From: the human T2T-CHM13v2.0 reference genome, Homo sapiens
Assembly (NCBI RefSeq): GCF_009914755.1
Contig: NC_060944.1
Length of the DNA stretch: 64,000 nt
Direction: 5' to 3' (one strand)
The translations under genes and the position numbers were made by a program. The notes under the pieces were generated by a model. The model saw only the letters and a program-made list of their open reading frames with translations, made no database searches and was not told where the DNA came from. Position 1 is the first letter of the stretch; each line of letters begins with the position of its first letter. Of the stretch, positions 16,467 to 30,300 are shown one piece after another.

Positions 16467-17255
16467 GTGTATTTGTTTCCTGGGGCTGTTGTAACAACTT
16501 ATCACAAACTTAGTGATTTTAAACAAGATAAATTTATTCTCTCTCAGTTAGAGAGACCAGAAGTACAACATTTGTTTCACTGACCTAAAGTCAAGATGGC
16601 AGAAGGGCTATATTCTCAATGGAGACTCCAAAAGATAATCCATTCATGGCCTCTTCCATCCTGTGGGCCTTCCTCTATTTTCAAAGCCAGCATCACAGCA
16701 TCTTCAAACTTCTCCGTTTCTATTGTTCCATTGCCTTCTGCTCCCTCTGTCTCCTTTTTACAAGGACATTTGTGATGGCATTTAGGGCTCACTCAGATAA
16801 CCCAGGATGATCTCCTCTCAAATTTCTTTTTTCTTTCTTCTTCTTTTTTTTTTTTTTTTTTTTTGAGACAGAGTCTTGCTCTGCCACCCAGGCTAGAGTG
16901 CAATGGTGCGATCTTGGCTTACTGCAACCTCTGCCTCCTGTGTTCAAGTGATTCTCCCTGCCTCAGGCTCTCGAGTAGCTGGGATTACAGGTGCCGCCAC
17001 CACCACACCCAGCTAACTTTTGTATTTTTGGTAGATACGGGCTTTTCACCATGTTGACCAAGCTGGTCTCGAACTCCTGACCTCAGGTGAATCCACCTGC
17101 CTCGGCCTTTCAAAGTGCTGGGATTACAGAATGAGCCACTGTGCCCAGCCTCAAATATCTTAAATACATCTGCAAATGCCCTACTTCAAATAAAGTCAGG
17201 CTCCATGGATTAACACTTGGACATGCCTTTCAGAGGCATTATTGGCCTACCACAG
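16467..17255 (-). mobile_element. MLT1-type MaLR LTR interrupted by an Alu
   Basis: tgtatttgtttcctggggctgttgtaacaa..gataacccaggatgatctc..cctaccaca. Confidence 0.7.
16823..17150 (-). mobile_element. AluS
   Basis: T-tail followed by a reverse Alu dimer. Confidence 0.93.
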
Positions 17256-18039
17256 AATGGGTATATAAATATCAAAACATTAAGAAAAGTAAACTCCAAA
17301 TAGTGGGTATCTTTGAAGACAAATCAAGGAGTAGTAATCTATTTCGCAAAAAAAAAGTTATTCTGAGTAGTAGTTGTGAAGGTGTTTGTTTTGTGATAAT
17401 TCCCTAAGGTGTATACATTTTCTTAGGATTTGACATTACATATATATGTTTATGCATAAATTATTCATAGATATACATGTAATTAAAATTTAAGAAATAA
17501 ATTATAATGATGCAATCTTCTAATGTTTTTTAAATTTTTTTTAAAAAATGTGACCTTTTAGGAAATAATGCAGTCACGTAGATAAATTTAATACTTCCAA
17601 TTAAAAAAAGTAGATATAGTATTCTTTTATTATAAAATTATTTTTTATCTATTCTGCTAGCTCTCTATCTCACTATACATATAGTTATGTATCTTCCATC
17701 TATATCTAAACTTTTTGGAGTATGAAATTTGAAACACATATAACTATTTTACAGCTATTATAATAATTGTATGTGCTTATTCCTTTTAAACTTGAAAAAT
17801 ACCAAAAAGTGCAAAGAAGAAACAAACAAACAAAAATCACCCAAATGAATACCACCAACAGTTAACATTGGTTGTTTCTGAAAATTTGGGGTGATTTATT
17901 TTGTTTTCTTTGTACTCTTTGGCATGAAGTATTTTTATAAAATAAGCAAAGTCATTACTATAAAAATCCCTGAAATGAAACCTATGTAGAAATTGTAATA
18001 ATGAAGATAACAAAGAGAGGAATCACTGCTTACATAGCC

Positions 18040-18290
18040 ATTTATTTAGTGCTTCCCATCTACTATGCATTATTCAGTGTGTATTACATTTCGTTTTTCA
18101 TCATCACAATAATTTTGCAAGATATATACATACATATAAAACATAATATTGTGTCTGTATTTATTATAGATGATAAAACAGAGTTGTTTTGTGAGTTTAA
18201 GTGACAGCCAGCAAACAATATTGCTGCGTTATGGTACCCAAGAGTTCTGGCTTCAGTGTGAAAAAAAATATTCAATGTTTTCCACCGCCG
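18040..18290 (-). mobile_element. MIR
   Basis: attttattatagatgataaaacagag, MIR core in reverse. Confidence 0.45.
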
Positions 18291-20012
18291 CTCAGGATGA
18301 TACTAATTCAATTATGACTGAATCAGATGGATGTATTGACAATTCAGAAGTGCAGATTATTTAATGAAACCATGTACGTGTGCATGTTTGTTTTCTCCTC
18401 AAATCTTGCTCCCCTTCCTCATTCTTTCAACCAACACCTAACACCTCCCTCAAAACACACAATACACACAAACACAACTAATGCCTTGAGAGCTGAGGCC
18501 ATAGCTGACACATATTTCAACACCAGAGTCTAGCACAGAATCTAGCACTAAAAGTCTCCCCCAGAGTGTTTACTATAAATAAACTAGTGATGAGACTTTA
18601 GCTTAAATCCATGACCATCAACTCTGCTGCCACTCTTCCAAGCAAGAGTTAGGTCCGTCATTGAAGCTATGTAGTTGTGATTTATGCAGAAACTTTGTAA
18701 AGAAAACCAGAGCTTGGGTAGTGGGTAGCAGTAATCTCTTCTTAATTTCCCCTATGAAGAGATAAACTCATTGCAGTCTATAGCTACCAAACACAGAGGT
18801 CACAAGACTTCTGTGACAAGAACTCCCACTGCTATGGTCTCCACAAATAATGCTAATGGAAACAGAGAGGAAAAACAATTATCAAACAATCAAATAAAGG
18901 TCTGACTGCATGCTCTTTTTCAAGATTTTGCATCTGAGGATATCAGAAAGGAAAGCAATTCAGAGGTGCAAATTGCCTAATGTGCAAATCAATAACATGC
19001 TGGTCTAATGCTCAATTTTATGAGATTGCTGTTATATAAATGTAGGGAAAAGCAAATAATCAGGAGCCAAAATTGTCTCTTATCAGAGGAAGTTCATAAT
19101 TAGTTTGCGTTTTCACAGAATTCCAAATAGTACTGATTAATTAAGCCAATATGTATTCCAAGCAGGAACAGCTACGAATAGTCAGCCTGTGTGGGGAGAA
19201 GCACAAATACAATGAACTCAAATTTAATAGGCCTAATTGTACCAAAGTAAGTAACAGTCAATGACTGAGCATGCAGCCCTTTCCCTAGACAATCTCTAAA
19301 ATAGATTTTAACTGAATTTTGTGAACAGTATGTAGAGAAAATCTAAGGAAAAAAACACAGTGAAGGCAAGAATTCCCAAAAGGCAAATCAGAAAACATTA
19401 AAATAATACTATGAAAGTTTGGTTTTCACAATTAAGGTATTTTTCAAGTTCAATTCAGTTTCTCATTGTTGTATTTTTCTTTTAATTTTTCAATTTCTAG
19501 ACATATTTATGCAATTATTTGTAAATCTGTCTAAATTCTAGAAAAATTTTTGCCCATTTGAATGCCATAGAAACAGAAATATAAAAACAATTTTAAGGTA
19601 TAAATATTCTTGAGGATTTATAACAAAATATTGTTATCCCTTATTCAACTAAAAATATTCCCTTATATCTGTGCCCAATTAAAATAAAATTGAATAAAAT
19701 GAATATTTTAAGATACCGGTTTTCAGCATTTTCTTACTTTTTTTGTAAATCGTACAAAACTAAGTAACCAGTTCTCCTTTGCATAAAGAACTGCTCACCA
19801 CTCTTCAAGAACAGCTGTTTAATTAGGATAAAGAAGGAAATAATACAGATACACCTTTCTCTCCTCCAGAACAAAGCAAAGAGAAAGAGATCAAATTGAC
19901 AGAGAGTGGGAAGAGAGATGATTTGTTCTTGAAGACAGACATGAAAGGTCAAGATACGAATTTTAGATAGACAGTGTAAGAACTTGACAAGTGAAAAGAT
20001 AATCAACTTTGT

Positions 20013-21396
<1,384 letters not shown>

Positions 21397-22055
21397 AACT
21401 TTGTGATCTGTTATATACTTGCAATGTCAGAAAAAATAAGATATTATGCTTCAATTTCAAATCATCGACTATAGTACTGTAGTTGATGCAAGGGATGTAG
21501 ATTTTAGGAAAAACAAAGAGACCATGAGCCAGACTTGAGTGTCCTTCCTCCAGGTGTTTTTTTGTCATCTTAATCAAACTAAGGCTCCTGTATATTTGGG
21601 ATTCATTGCTAGAAGTTTAATCTGTCCCGTTGTTGCCTTTCACCTGCTTTTTTGTTGCCTGAGAAGTAGATTGATTTATTGATTTTGATTTTTAAGTTCA
21701 AGAAGGATATTTTAGTGCCAGGCAAAGGTACCTAATTTATAAGGTGCTGAAAATGTGTGAAGATGCCACCTTTCCACTGAGTTTCTAAAAAACTTAATTG
21801 GCCTACTAAAATAATAGGCTTGATTTTGAGGCCTGACTGCCAGGTTACAAAGTGCTGGCTGGCTCAGATCTGTCCCTTTCAAGCTTAATGAACAGTCTTT
21901 GTTCAACTTCCAAACATTCCATATGGTTAGTGCTTGATGGAACACAATATTTTCACAAAGAAAGAGAAGTTCAATACATTTACTCATAACTGCTAACTGA
22001 ATAGCCTGTATAGAGTCAAAATTTAGCCTATGTGTCTCTAATTTTTCTAATTAGT

Positions 22056-22144
22056 TATATATATAGATTATATATATATATATATATATATATATGGAGA
22101 AGTTCTATGTTCCTATATATATATATATATATTTTTTTTTTTTT
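22056..22144. repeat. (TA)n / poly-T compound microsatellite
   Basis: Two TA tracts and a T-run. Confidence 0.9.
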
Positions 22145-22509
22145 GGAGAATTTCTATGTTCACTAGCTACTCTACTCTGGGGAACTTATATAAAATGGGC
22201 TGCTAGAACATGCATGATTGATTTGGTTTTGTCGCTGATACCCACAACATCTTGATTTCCCTTGACTTTCTACTCAGCAAGCTAGTAAACAAATTTATTA
22301 GTGGCAATATCATAGCACTTTTCTCTGATGAGCTCAAAGTATTTTCCAAGCATCTCCTCATTAATCCTTACAATATTTCTATGAAGTTAAGTAGCAGAGA
22401 TATATCTATTTTAAGGTAGAGATCAAATTGTTTTATGGATAGGTGAGTTGTCCAGAATTGTATAGATTATTACTGGGGAAGAGGGAAGAAAATTAGGTTT
22501 CCCATATCT

Positions 22510-22625
22510 CAGATAACCATATAATTTATTCTGCAAACCAGGAAACTTGTGAAACTGATAGGGACATTATTAATAATAATGCCAAGAGAACACTGACAAA
22601 CTGAGAATACAATCATGCCACCTGT
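22510..22625. mobile_element. hAT MITE (MER81-like)
   Basis: cagataaccatataatttattctgcaaaccaggaaac..attattaataataatgcc. Confidence 0.5.
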
Positions 22626-23197
22626 ATCCTACTGAATGGAATAGTAAGAAAATCACAATACCCAGTTGAAAGTTGTAAGCCAGAGGATTTGTTTCATTAT
22701 TTTGAGTTGCTGTAAAATAAAATTCTACTATGAATAGTTTGTTGCATTTACTTCCATTATTTTTATATGTAATTTTTCAAACATACTTGGAATTATAACT
22801 TACATGTAATTTTGTATTCAGGATTTTTAATTTGACACTTCAAATTGTTTTGCTAATATACAAGAATGCTTTATAAACATGTACAAATTATCACATTATG
22901 TTAACATATATGGATTTACCATAATCAACATAACCATAGTTATTATTTACAATTATTTAGATTTATGAATAGTGCTCCAATGAGATTTTTAGCATACATT
23001 TTTCATATAGCTTTAACAATCTCCTTAGGATATATATATATTTTTGATTGCCTCCAGTTATATTTTTAATCTTTATTTACAATTTATTCTAATTTTTAGG
23101 CTTTAAGTTTACCTTTTGGGGGCATTTATTCTTTAATCTTGTTAGAACTTGTTTTGGTGACTGGTAGACGGGAACAATCATGAATGGTGTCATTATT

Positions 23198-23510
23198 TGT
23201 CTTAGTCTGCTTGAACTGCCATCACAAAATACCACAGACTGAGTGGTTTAAACAGAAATGTATTTTCTTACACATCTAGAGGCTGGAAATTCCAAGATCA
23301 GGATCTGTGAATGTTTGCTATCTGGTGAGCATTCTCTTGCAGACAGTCCAGTTCTCTTACTCTGTCCTCACATTGCAGGGAAAGAGAGCAAGCTCTCTGG
23401 TGTCTATGTTATAAGGGAACTAATTCCATCATGAGAACCCTGCCCTCATGACATCATCTAAACCTTGTTACTTCCCAAAGGCCCTGTACCCAAACACCAT
23501 CACATAAATT
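23198..23510 (-). mobile_element. MLT1A/B MaLR LTR
   Basis: tgtcttagtctgcttgaactgccatcacaaaataccacagactgagtgg..ctagaggctggaaattccaagatc. Confidence 0.8.
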
Positions 23511-24931
23511 CTGAATTTTGGATTAAATTACATCTATCTCATTATAATACTATTCTATTAATATTATTTAATTGGTAATATATGTTGAAGTTTCTGGAGA
23601 TTATTGTTTTTCTATTAACATGATAAATTATAGTAAACTATTTCCTAATAGGCATCCATTCTTGCTTACTAACATGAACACTACTTGATTATGAAGTATG
23701 GTTTTAATGGGATTGCAACTTTTAAGTGTAAAGTACAGCTTTAGAATATTTGCAGTAATATTTATTAGTGGAATAGGCCTGTATTTTATTGTGTGTAGTG
23801 TATATGAGAGAGACGAAGGGAAAGGGATGGGAAGAGAACACATGTGTTCAGCTTTGGTCAAGTTTAGTATAAATACAATACTTATTAGTGTAAATACAAT
23901 ATTTATTCATAAATATATTTGGAAGTATTTTTATTTTCTGTACATGGAAACATTTAAAGTTATGGATTTCTCCTCTCCCTCTCACTGTCACTCTCGCTCT
24001 GTTTGTGTGTGCACGCACATGTGTGTGCATGCATCATTTAGCCCTGCTGACTGATACGCCTGGTTATTTATGATCAAAAGCCAGACATTGACCTAAGAGA
24101 AAAAGTCTTTAGATGGGATCTCCCTCCAAAGAAATTGTAGTTTTCTTCTCACTTAGAGGTAGATTCTCTTGGTCCAATCAGGCTGAAATGCCTTGAGGCT
24201 AGATTTCAGTCTTTGTGGCAGCTGCTGCATTTCTAGTTTGCCTTTTCAGCTAGGGATTAGCTTTTTAGGGGTCTCAATGCCTAGGGAGATTTCTAGGTCC
24301 TCTGTTCCTTGTTGAACTCCAATTTTGTCTATCCTTTTGCTGAGAGGTCTGCTTAACTTCCTTTTAGTCAGGTAGCTCCATTTTATGCTAAGCTTCTTAG
24401 TTGCTCACCTTCTGCAACTAAAGAATCAGAAAATGTTGTGAAGGAAAAACAAAACGAAATTGTTTTGTTTCTACTGGCCCTTTATCAAGCCCTGGCCACC
24501 ATGATAGTCATGAATTCCATTTTGTGTCTATGCAGGCCTATCAGATTTCTAACATCTCTGAGCTACCATTTTCTTCTTAGCTATCTGCTCAGCAAATGTA
24601 TCCAAATGAAAGGTTGTGGAGAATGTTGAAACCAATTCAATGTGTTTCACCTCTTTCTGGGAGCTTACACACTCAAGTTCTGGATGCTTTGATTGCTATC
24701 AGAAGCCCTTAAATAGCTACTTATTTTTAATTAATTTTATCCAGCTTTCATAATTGTTCTTGCCAGGTGGGATGGCCTGATATAAATTAACTTGTCATAG
24801 CTAGAATTAGAAGAGGAAAACTTTAAAGAGGATTGAGTTATCAGTACTTCCATGTCTTGATACATTTCTTCTTGAAAATGTTCATGCCTGCTGATTTGTC
24901 TGTTTTTTTTTTTTTTCTGACAAACTCATCT

Positions 24932-24937
24932 TTTATT
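24932..24937 (-). terminator. AATAAA polyadenylation signal used by the antisense transcript
   Basis: + strand TTTATT lies 15 nt from the poly(A) junction at 24917/24916. Confidence 0.75.
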
Positions 24938-24942
24938 TTTGA

Positions 24943-25177
<235 letters not shown>

Positions 25178-27000
25178 TAAGAACTTAATTTGGTATCCAT
25201 GTCTCTTTTTTCTTCTAGTTTGTAGTGCTGGAAGGTATTTTTGGAGAAATTCTTACATGAGCATTAGGAGAATGTATGGGTGTAGTGTCTTGTATAATAG
25301 AAATTATTTCACTGATAACTTACTCTAGTTTTTTATTTCCTCATATTATTTTCAGTGGCTTTTTCCTCCACATCTTTATATTTTGCACCACATTCAACAC
25401 TGTATCTTGCACATGGTGAGCATTCAATAACTTTATTGAATAAACAAATCATCCATTTTACCCAGTCTTAACCAGAACAGACATTTTTTCAGAGCTGGTC
25501 CAGGAAAATCATGACTTAAATTTTGCCTTAGTAACCACATAAGCAAAAGGTGCCCATTTTTTTTCTTTAAAAGTTTTTATTCATTATTTATTTATTATTA
25601 TTATACTTTAAGTTTTAGGGTACATGTGTACAATGTGCAGGTTAGTTACATATGTATACATGTGCCATGCCTGTGCGCTTTCCGTTGTGGGGTCGGGGGA
25701 GGAGGGAGGGATAGCATAGGGAGATATACCTAATGCTAGTTGACGAGTTGGTGTCTGTTTGTTGAGAGGAGAATGTTCAGAATTTTATATCTTCAACATG
25801 TTTTTCTGCGTTAATAAGATACTGAGATTTTATAACTCTTGTCATTTTGGTCACTTATATTTTCATATGGAAAAAATCATATAATCCAGGGTTTCCAATA
25901 TATTTCTGTAAAATTAAGAAAATGATCTTATCTAATTACTTGATCAATATCTGTGATTATATTTTCATTGCCTTCCAATTTGAATATTTGTTCTCTATTC
26001 CTTCTTAATCTGGATTGAGGTTCTGATTAATTATTTTAATGTTGCAAATTGTTTTCACTTTTTCCATAAAATGAGTTCTTGAGTTTATTTCTTTACTGCA
26101 TCATTCTATTTTCAAGTCATGAACTTCTGACTCAATTAAAAAAACCCTCACCGTTTCTATGAAATTGTTGTGTTCATATTTTATTTTTTATTTACTGTAT
26201 AGTTCAGTATAGAATATATAATATTATAAAATATGTAATAATAGGATAAAAAATAAGATACAAAAAGTAAGGGGTGTGAGTTTGGAAAATTATACTTGCT
26301 GATATGGTGAAATAACTCTGACCAAATTAACCTTTCAGCAATAAAAACAAAATTGGAAAACTGGATAAAATATACATGGTAACATGTTAGGTCAGCTTTG
26401 TCTGTCTTCAAACAACTATAAATATTGTTCTACCCTTGTTACTTATTTATTCTTTTCCATTTTGTTTTGCTCAATTTTTTTCTTATACCCATTTATTTGA
26501 GTAAATTTTGAAAATATCTATTCTTCATTTTTGCTGTTTCTAGTGTGGTATATATTTCTCAGATAAAAGGTATTTTCCCTTTTATCTTTCCCTAAACTCA
26601 CACTACATATATTGCATTTATCTTATATCTGCTTTAAAACCTATTTTTGTCTTTTTAGGTCACTTACATCAGAGGAGTTGTATTGGTGCGGGAAGGGGAA
26701 TTTGATTTAATGAAACAATGCATTAAAAATTTGTACTCACTTTGTGATTCAATGATAGTCAATGTGGCATGTAATTTTTTTCTGTCTTTTAATATTATAT
26801 TGTCTTTGTTGCTTTTCTCTAACATGAAATATATGTTACACAGGCACAGTGCTGGTATCTTTTCTATTATTATCTTCGAATAGGACTCATTATTGTCTGA
26901 GCTGTTTATTAAAATGGTAAAGGAAAAGATCAGTAAAGTAAATTATGCCAATAGGCAGTATCAATGTAGGTCTATTTTCCGTGAATATTTTCTCAGCAAC

Positions 27001-27739
27001 TGTGTTGTTATGATGATATTGGTTTCATCCACAGTTCCTAGCTTATAACTCCCCTAGCACTTGTTACAGTCTTTTGTTATAATATTGGGTGTGTTAGGCC
27101 TCAGGAGCAGGACTCTCACCTTCTCATGGCCTTTTTTCATTTTTATGTTCCTGCCTTTCTGGTTGTGGGTCTTAAGACCATCTCAGGAGAGAGTCCCACC
27201 CTGGATTTTCCATGAAAATCCAGGAAGACAGGGTTCAGTGAGCTTCTGGGCAGTTGAACACATGGATGTTCCTGGAGGGTGGCCCACCCAGGGATGACAT
27301 GGAAGCTCTGCTCCCTTCCCCCATGCATTGCTCTAAGTGTCTCTTCCTCTATATCCTTTGCAATATCCTTTATAATACACCAGGAAATGTAAGTGTTTTC
27401 CTGAGTTCTGTGAGCCACTCCAACAAATTAATCAAATCCAAAGAGGGGGTCATGAGAACCCAACTTGAAGCCAGTAGGTCAGAAGTTCAGAGGCCTGGAC
27501 TTGTGGCTGGTAGGGTTGAGGGTGGGCAGTCTGGGGGACTGACCTGTGAGACCTGACACTATCTCCAGGTAGACAGTGTAGTGTCAGAACTGAATTAGAG
27601 GACACTCAGCTGGTGTCCGCTCCTTGGTGTATGTATGGAGGAAAAAACCCACACATTTGGTCACAGAAGTCTTCTCTGTTGCTGATTGATCTTTGTGGTG
27701 TGAGACTAGAGGAAAAACAGAGAGAGTTTTCTCTACACA
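27001..27739. mobile_element. solo LTR (MER21-like)
   Basis: TG...CA termini with 5-bp TSD GCAAC at 26996-27000 and 27740-27744. Confidence 0.8.
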
Positions 27740-29079
27740 GCAACTATATAATTTGTGGGAATATCTCTTTTTACACGTAGTCCTACATCTGTCTAGCTAC
27801 AGTCATTTATCTGGCCTTGGGAAATGTGACCGCAGAATCAGATATACACATGAGATTAAATAATACATGGGTATGTCATTTAAATATCTAGAAAAGTTAT
27901 GACTTCACCAGGTATAAAGAATATAAAAAGAACTCTGTCAAGAATCATACAGTAAATAGATTTTTGAATTTAATCTAGTACCTAAACAATCAGAGTAGGG
28001 AGGTTAGATATTAAAATCAGGCTAAAGATATAGGCAACGTGGATCTAGAAAACATGGATTGCATGGCCATTTCACTTAGAGTTCATGGGCTTGGAATCTC
28101 TATTAACATAATTTTTACAACGTTAGAATTTGTTCTCATATTAATGAGGGAAAAAGAAACAATTACCCTGAGTATCTGAAGCTCCAGATCTCATTTTCCA
28201 GTCAAAATCTCTGATAGGTAAACAACCTGAAAAAGTAGCCACAACTCACTGAGGTGATAACCCCATTTGCTTAAGATAATATAATTGTTTTTATGATTTT
28301 TTTTATCCCAGGAAAACATTGAAAAAAGAGTTTAGAGATGATGAAGTATATGAAAACTATAATATTTATACTTTAGAGAGGTGGTATTTATTTATAATTG
28401 TATTAGTATTTAAATATAGATTAGCATTTTACATTCCAATTTTAAATGTGTAACAGAGTATTTTAGATATTGGTTTTTTTTTTTTTTAGTTGAAATTATA
28501 AGCGGCTTTACCGAGTTGCCAGTAGTGGTTTAACATTGAAGATAATTTAAGATTCATGATTTTGTGAGTTGAATTTATTAGCTCTATAAGGGTTGTTTAA
28601 GTTCTCTGAAGGCTTTATTTGTTAGTCCGATAATTAAAATGTTCACAAAGATAATTGAACATATTAAATTTATAAATGTGGATTAAAATCTTTAAGGGAG
28701 TTTAATTAACTAAGTTGTAAATGGACCAAACATTAATCAAAGTCCCCCTTAAAAATAATTTTTAATGTACTAGATTTATAAATAGAACAATAAGATTTCT
28801 AATTTAAACTCAAAAATTGTTTAAATTGGTTTACAATTTAACATAATATACTGCACATTAATTCAGAATATGAAATCTTATAAGTAGTCCTTTTTACATT
28901 CAAGAATCACATTGATAAACATCACAAAATGCCCACTGGCAACCACTATGAAACTCTTTAAGCGATAGGTCCTGTATGAATTTTACTCCTCATGATTTGA
29001 AGATTATGCATAAATTCCTTCTTCTTGTTATTTTGTTTCCAATTTAGTCTTTACATAGACAAAACTCCTATAACAGAAA

Positions 29080-29266
29080 AACTGAAAACAAAGAGGGTGC
29101 ATTCCTTCGCTTGCTTTCTGAGGATGCCCTACTCTAAAAGGCAGTAGCTTTCAATAAACTATGTCTTCTTCTCATTGTACTCGGTGACTCATCTTGAATT
29201 CTTTCCTGTGTGAGGCCCAAGAACCCTCTCTTGAAGTGTGGATCAGGACCCCTTTTTCCAATAACA
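29080..29266 (+). mobile_element. ERV1 LTR 3' portion (LTR8/MER4-group-like)
   Basis: aataaac..ttgaattctttcctgtgtgaggcccaagaaccctctcttg..ggacccctttttccaataaca. Confidence 0.6.
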
Positions 29267-29778
29267 CTAGTACTGTTATAATTAGGTAAATGTTACTCAC
29301 ACCTGAAACATGGAGCATACATTATTGAATTTCATTTCTACACAACATTTTTTCCCTTAAACTGACAATTTTTTAAAATTTTTGTTTTGTTTGTTTTTCT
29401 GTGTATGTATCAAAGTACCAACTCCAAATTCTACCGTAGTTTTCTAATGAGTCTCATAATGCATTCAGAAGCATTAGACATTTTATCAGATTTATCTTTT
29501 TGAAGTTTTTTTTTCTAGATAGCTCGAATTTACACAGGTTGCTGTGTACACATACTGTACATCTAACAACAAGGAGATTCCCTGTACTTTATACCCTACC
29601 CTTTCTTCGTTTACTTCCTCATTTTAGTGAAACTCTTCTCCAGTAAATTCCTGAGATAGGATGTATTGGATGTAGAGTTTTAGAATCTTGCCATGCTGTA
29701 AATGCTTATTATTGTTTCCTCCTTTCTGATTTACAGTTTGGTTGGAGATACTATTCTGCATTAGAAATAATTTGTTTT

Positions 29779-30142
29779 ATGGCTGCATAGTATTCATGTC
29801 CTTTGTAGGGACATGGATGAAATTGGAAATCATCATTCTCAGTAAACTGTCGCAAGAACAAAAAACCAAACACCGCATATTCTCACTCATAGGTGGGAAT
29901 TGAACAATGAGAACACATGGACACAGGAAGGGGAACATCACACTCCGGGGACTGTTGTGGGTTGGGGGGAGGGGGAAGGGATAGCATTGGGAGATATACC
30001 TAACGCTAGATGATGAGTTAGTGGGTGCAGCACACCAGCATGGCACATGTATACATATGTAACTAACCTACACATTGTGCACATGTACCCTAAAACTTAA
30101 TGTATAATAATAATAAAATTAAAAAAAATTTCACACAAAAAA
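29779..30142 (+). mobile_element. short L1PA 3' end with a tiny 5' inversion
   Basis: TSD AGAAATAATTTGTTTT at 29763-29778 and 30143-30158; inverted ttttatggctgcatagtattc at the 5' end. Confidence 0.93.
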
Positions 30143-30259
30143 AGAAATAATTTGTTTTGCAATTTGTAAGGCTTTGCTTGTCTTCTAGTGGCCACTTTTA
30201 TTTCTCTTCTCTGGAAATTTGAAGTGTCTTCTTTTTTTTTTTCCTGGGGTGTGCTGATT

Positions 30260-30300
30260 TGTGTCTGTGTGTGTGTGTGTGTGTGTCTGTGTGTGTGTGT
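30260..30300 (+). repeat. (TG)n microsatellite
   Basis: Interrupted TG tract. Confidence 0.9.

Noticed and set aside
24403-24435. Minus-strand 9-nt micro-exon pattern (ctttag|ttgcagaag|gtgagc)
   Set aside because: Sits next to probable old L1M-derived sequence, has no supporting context and is expected by chance.
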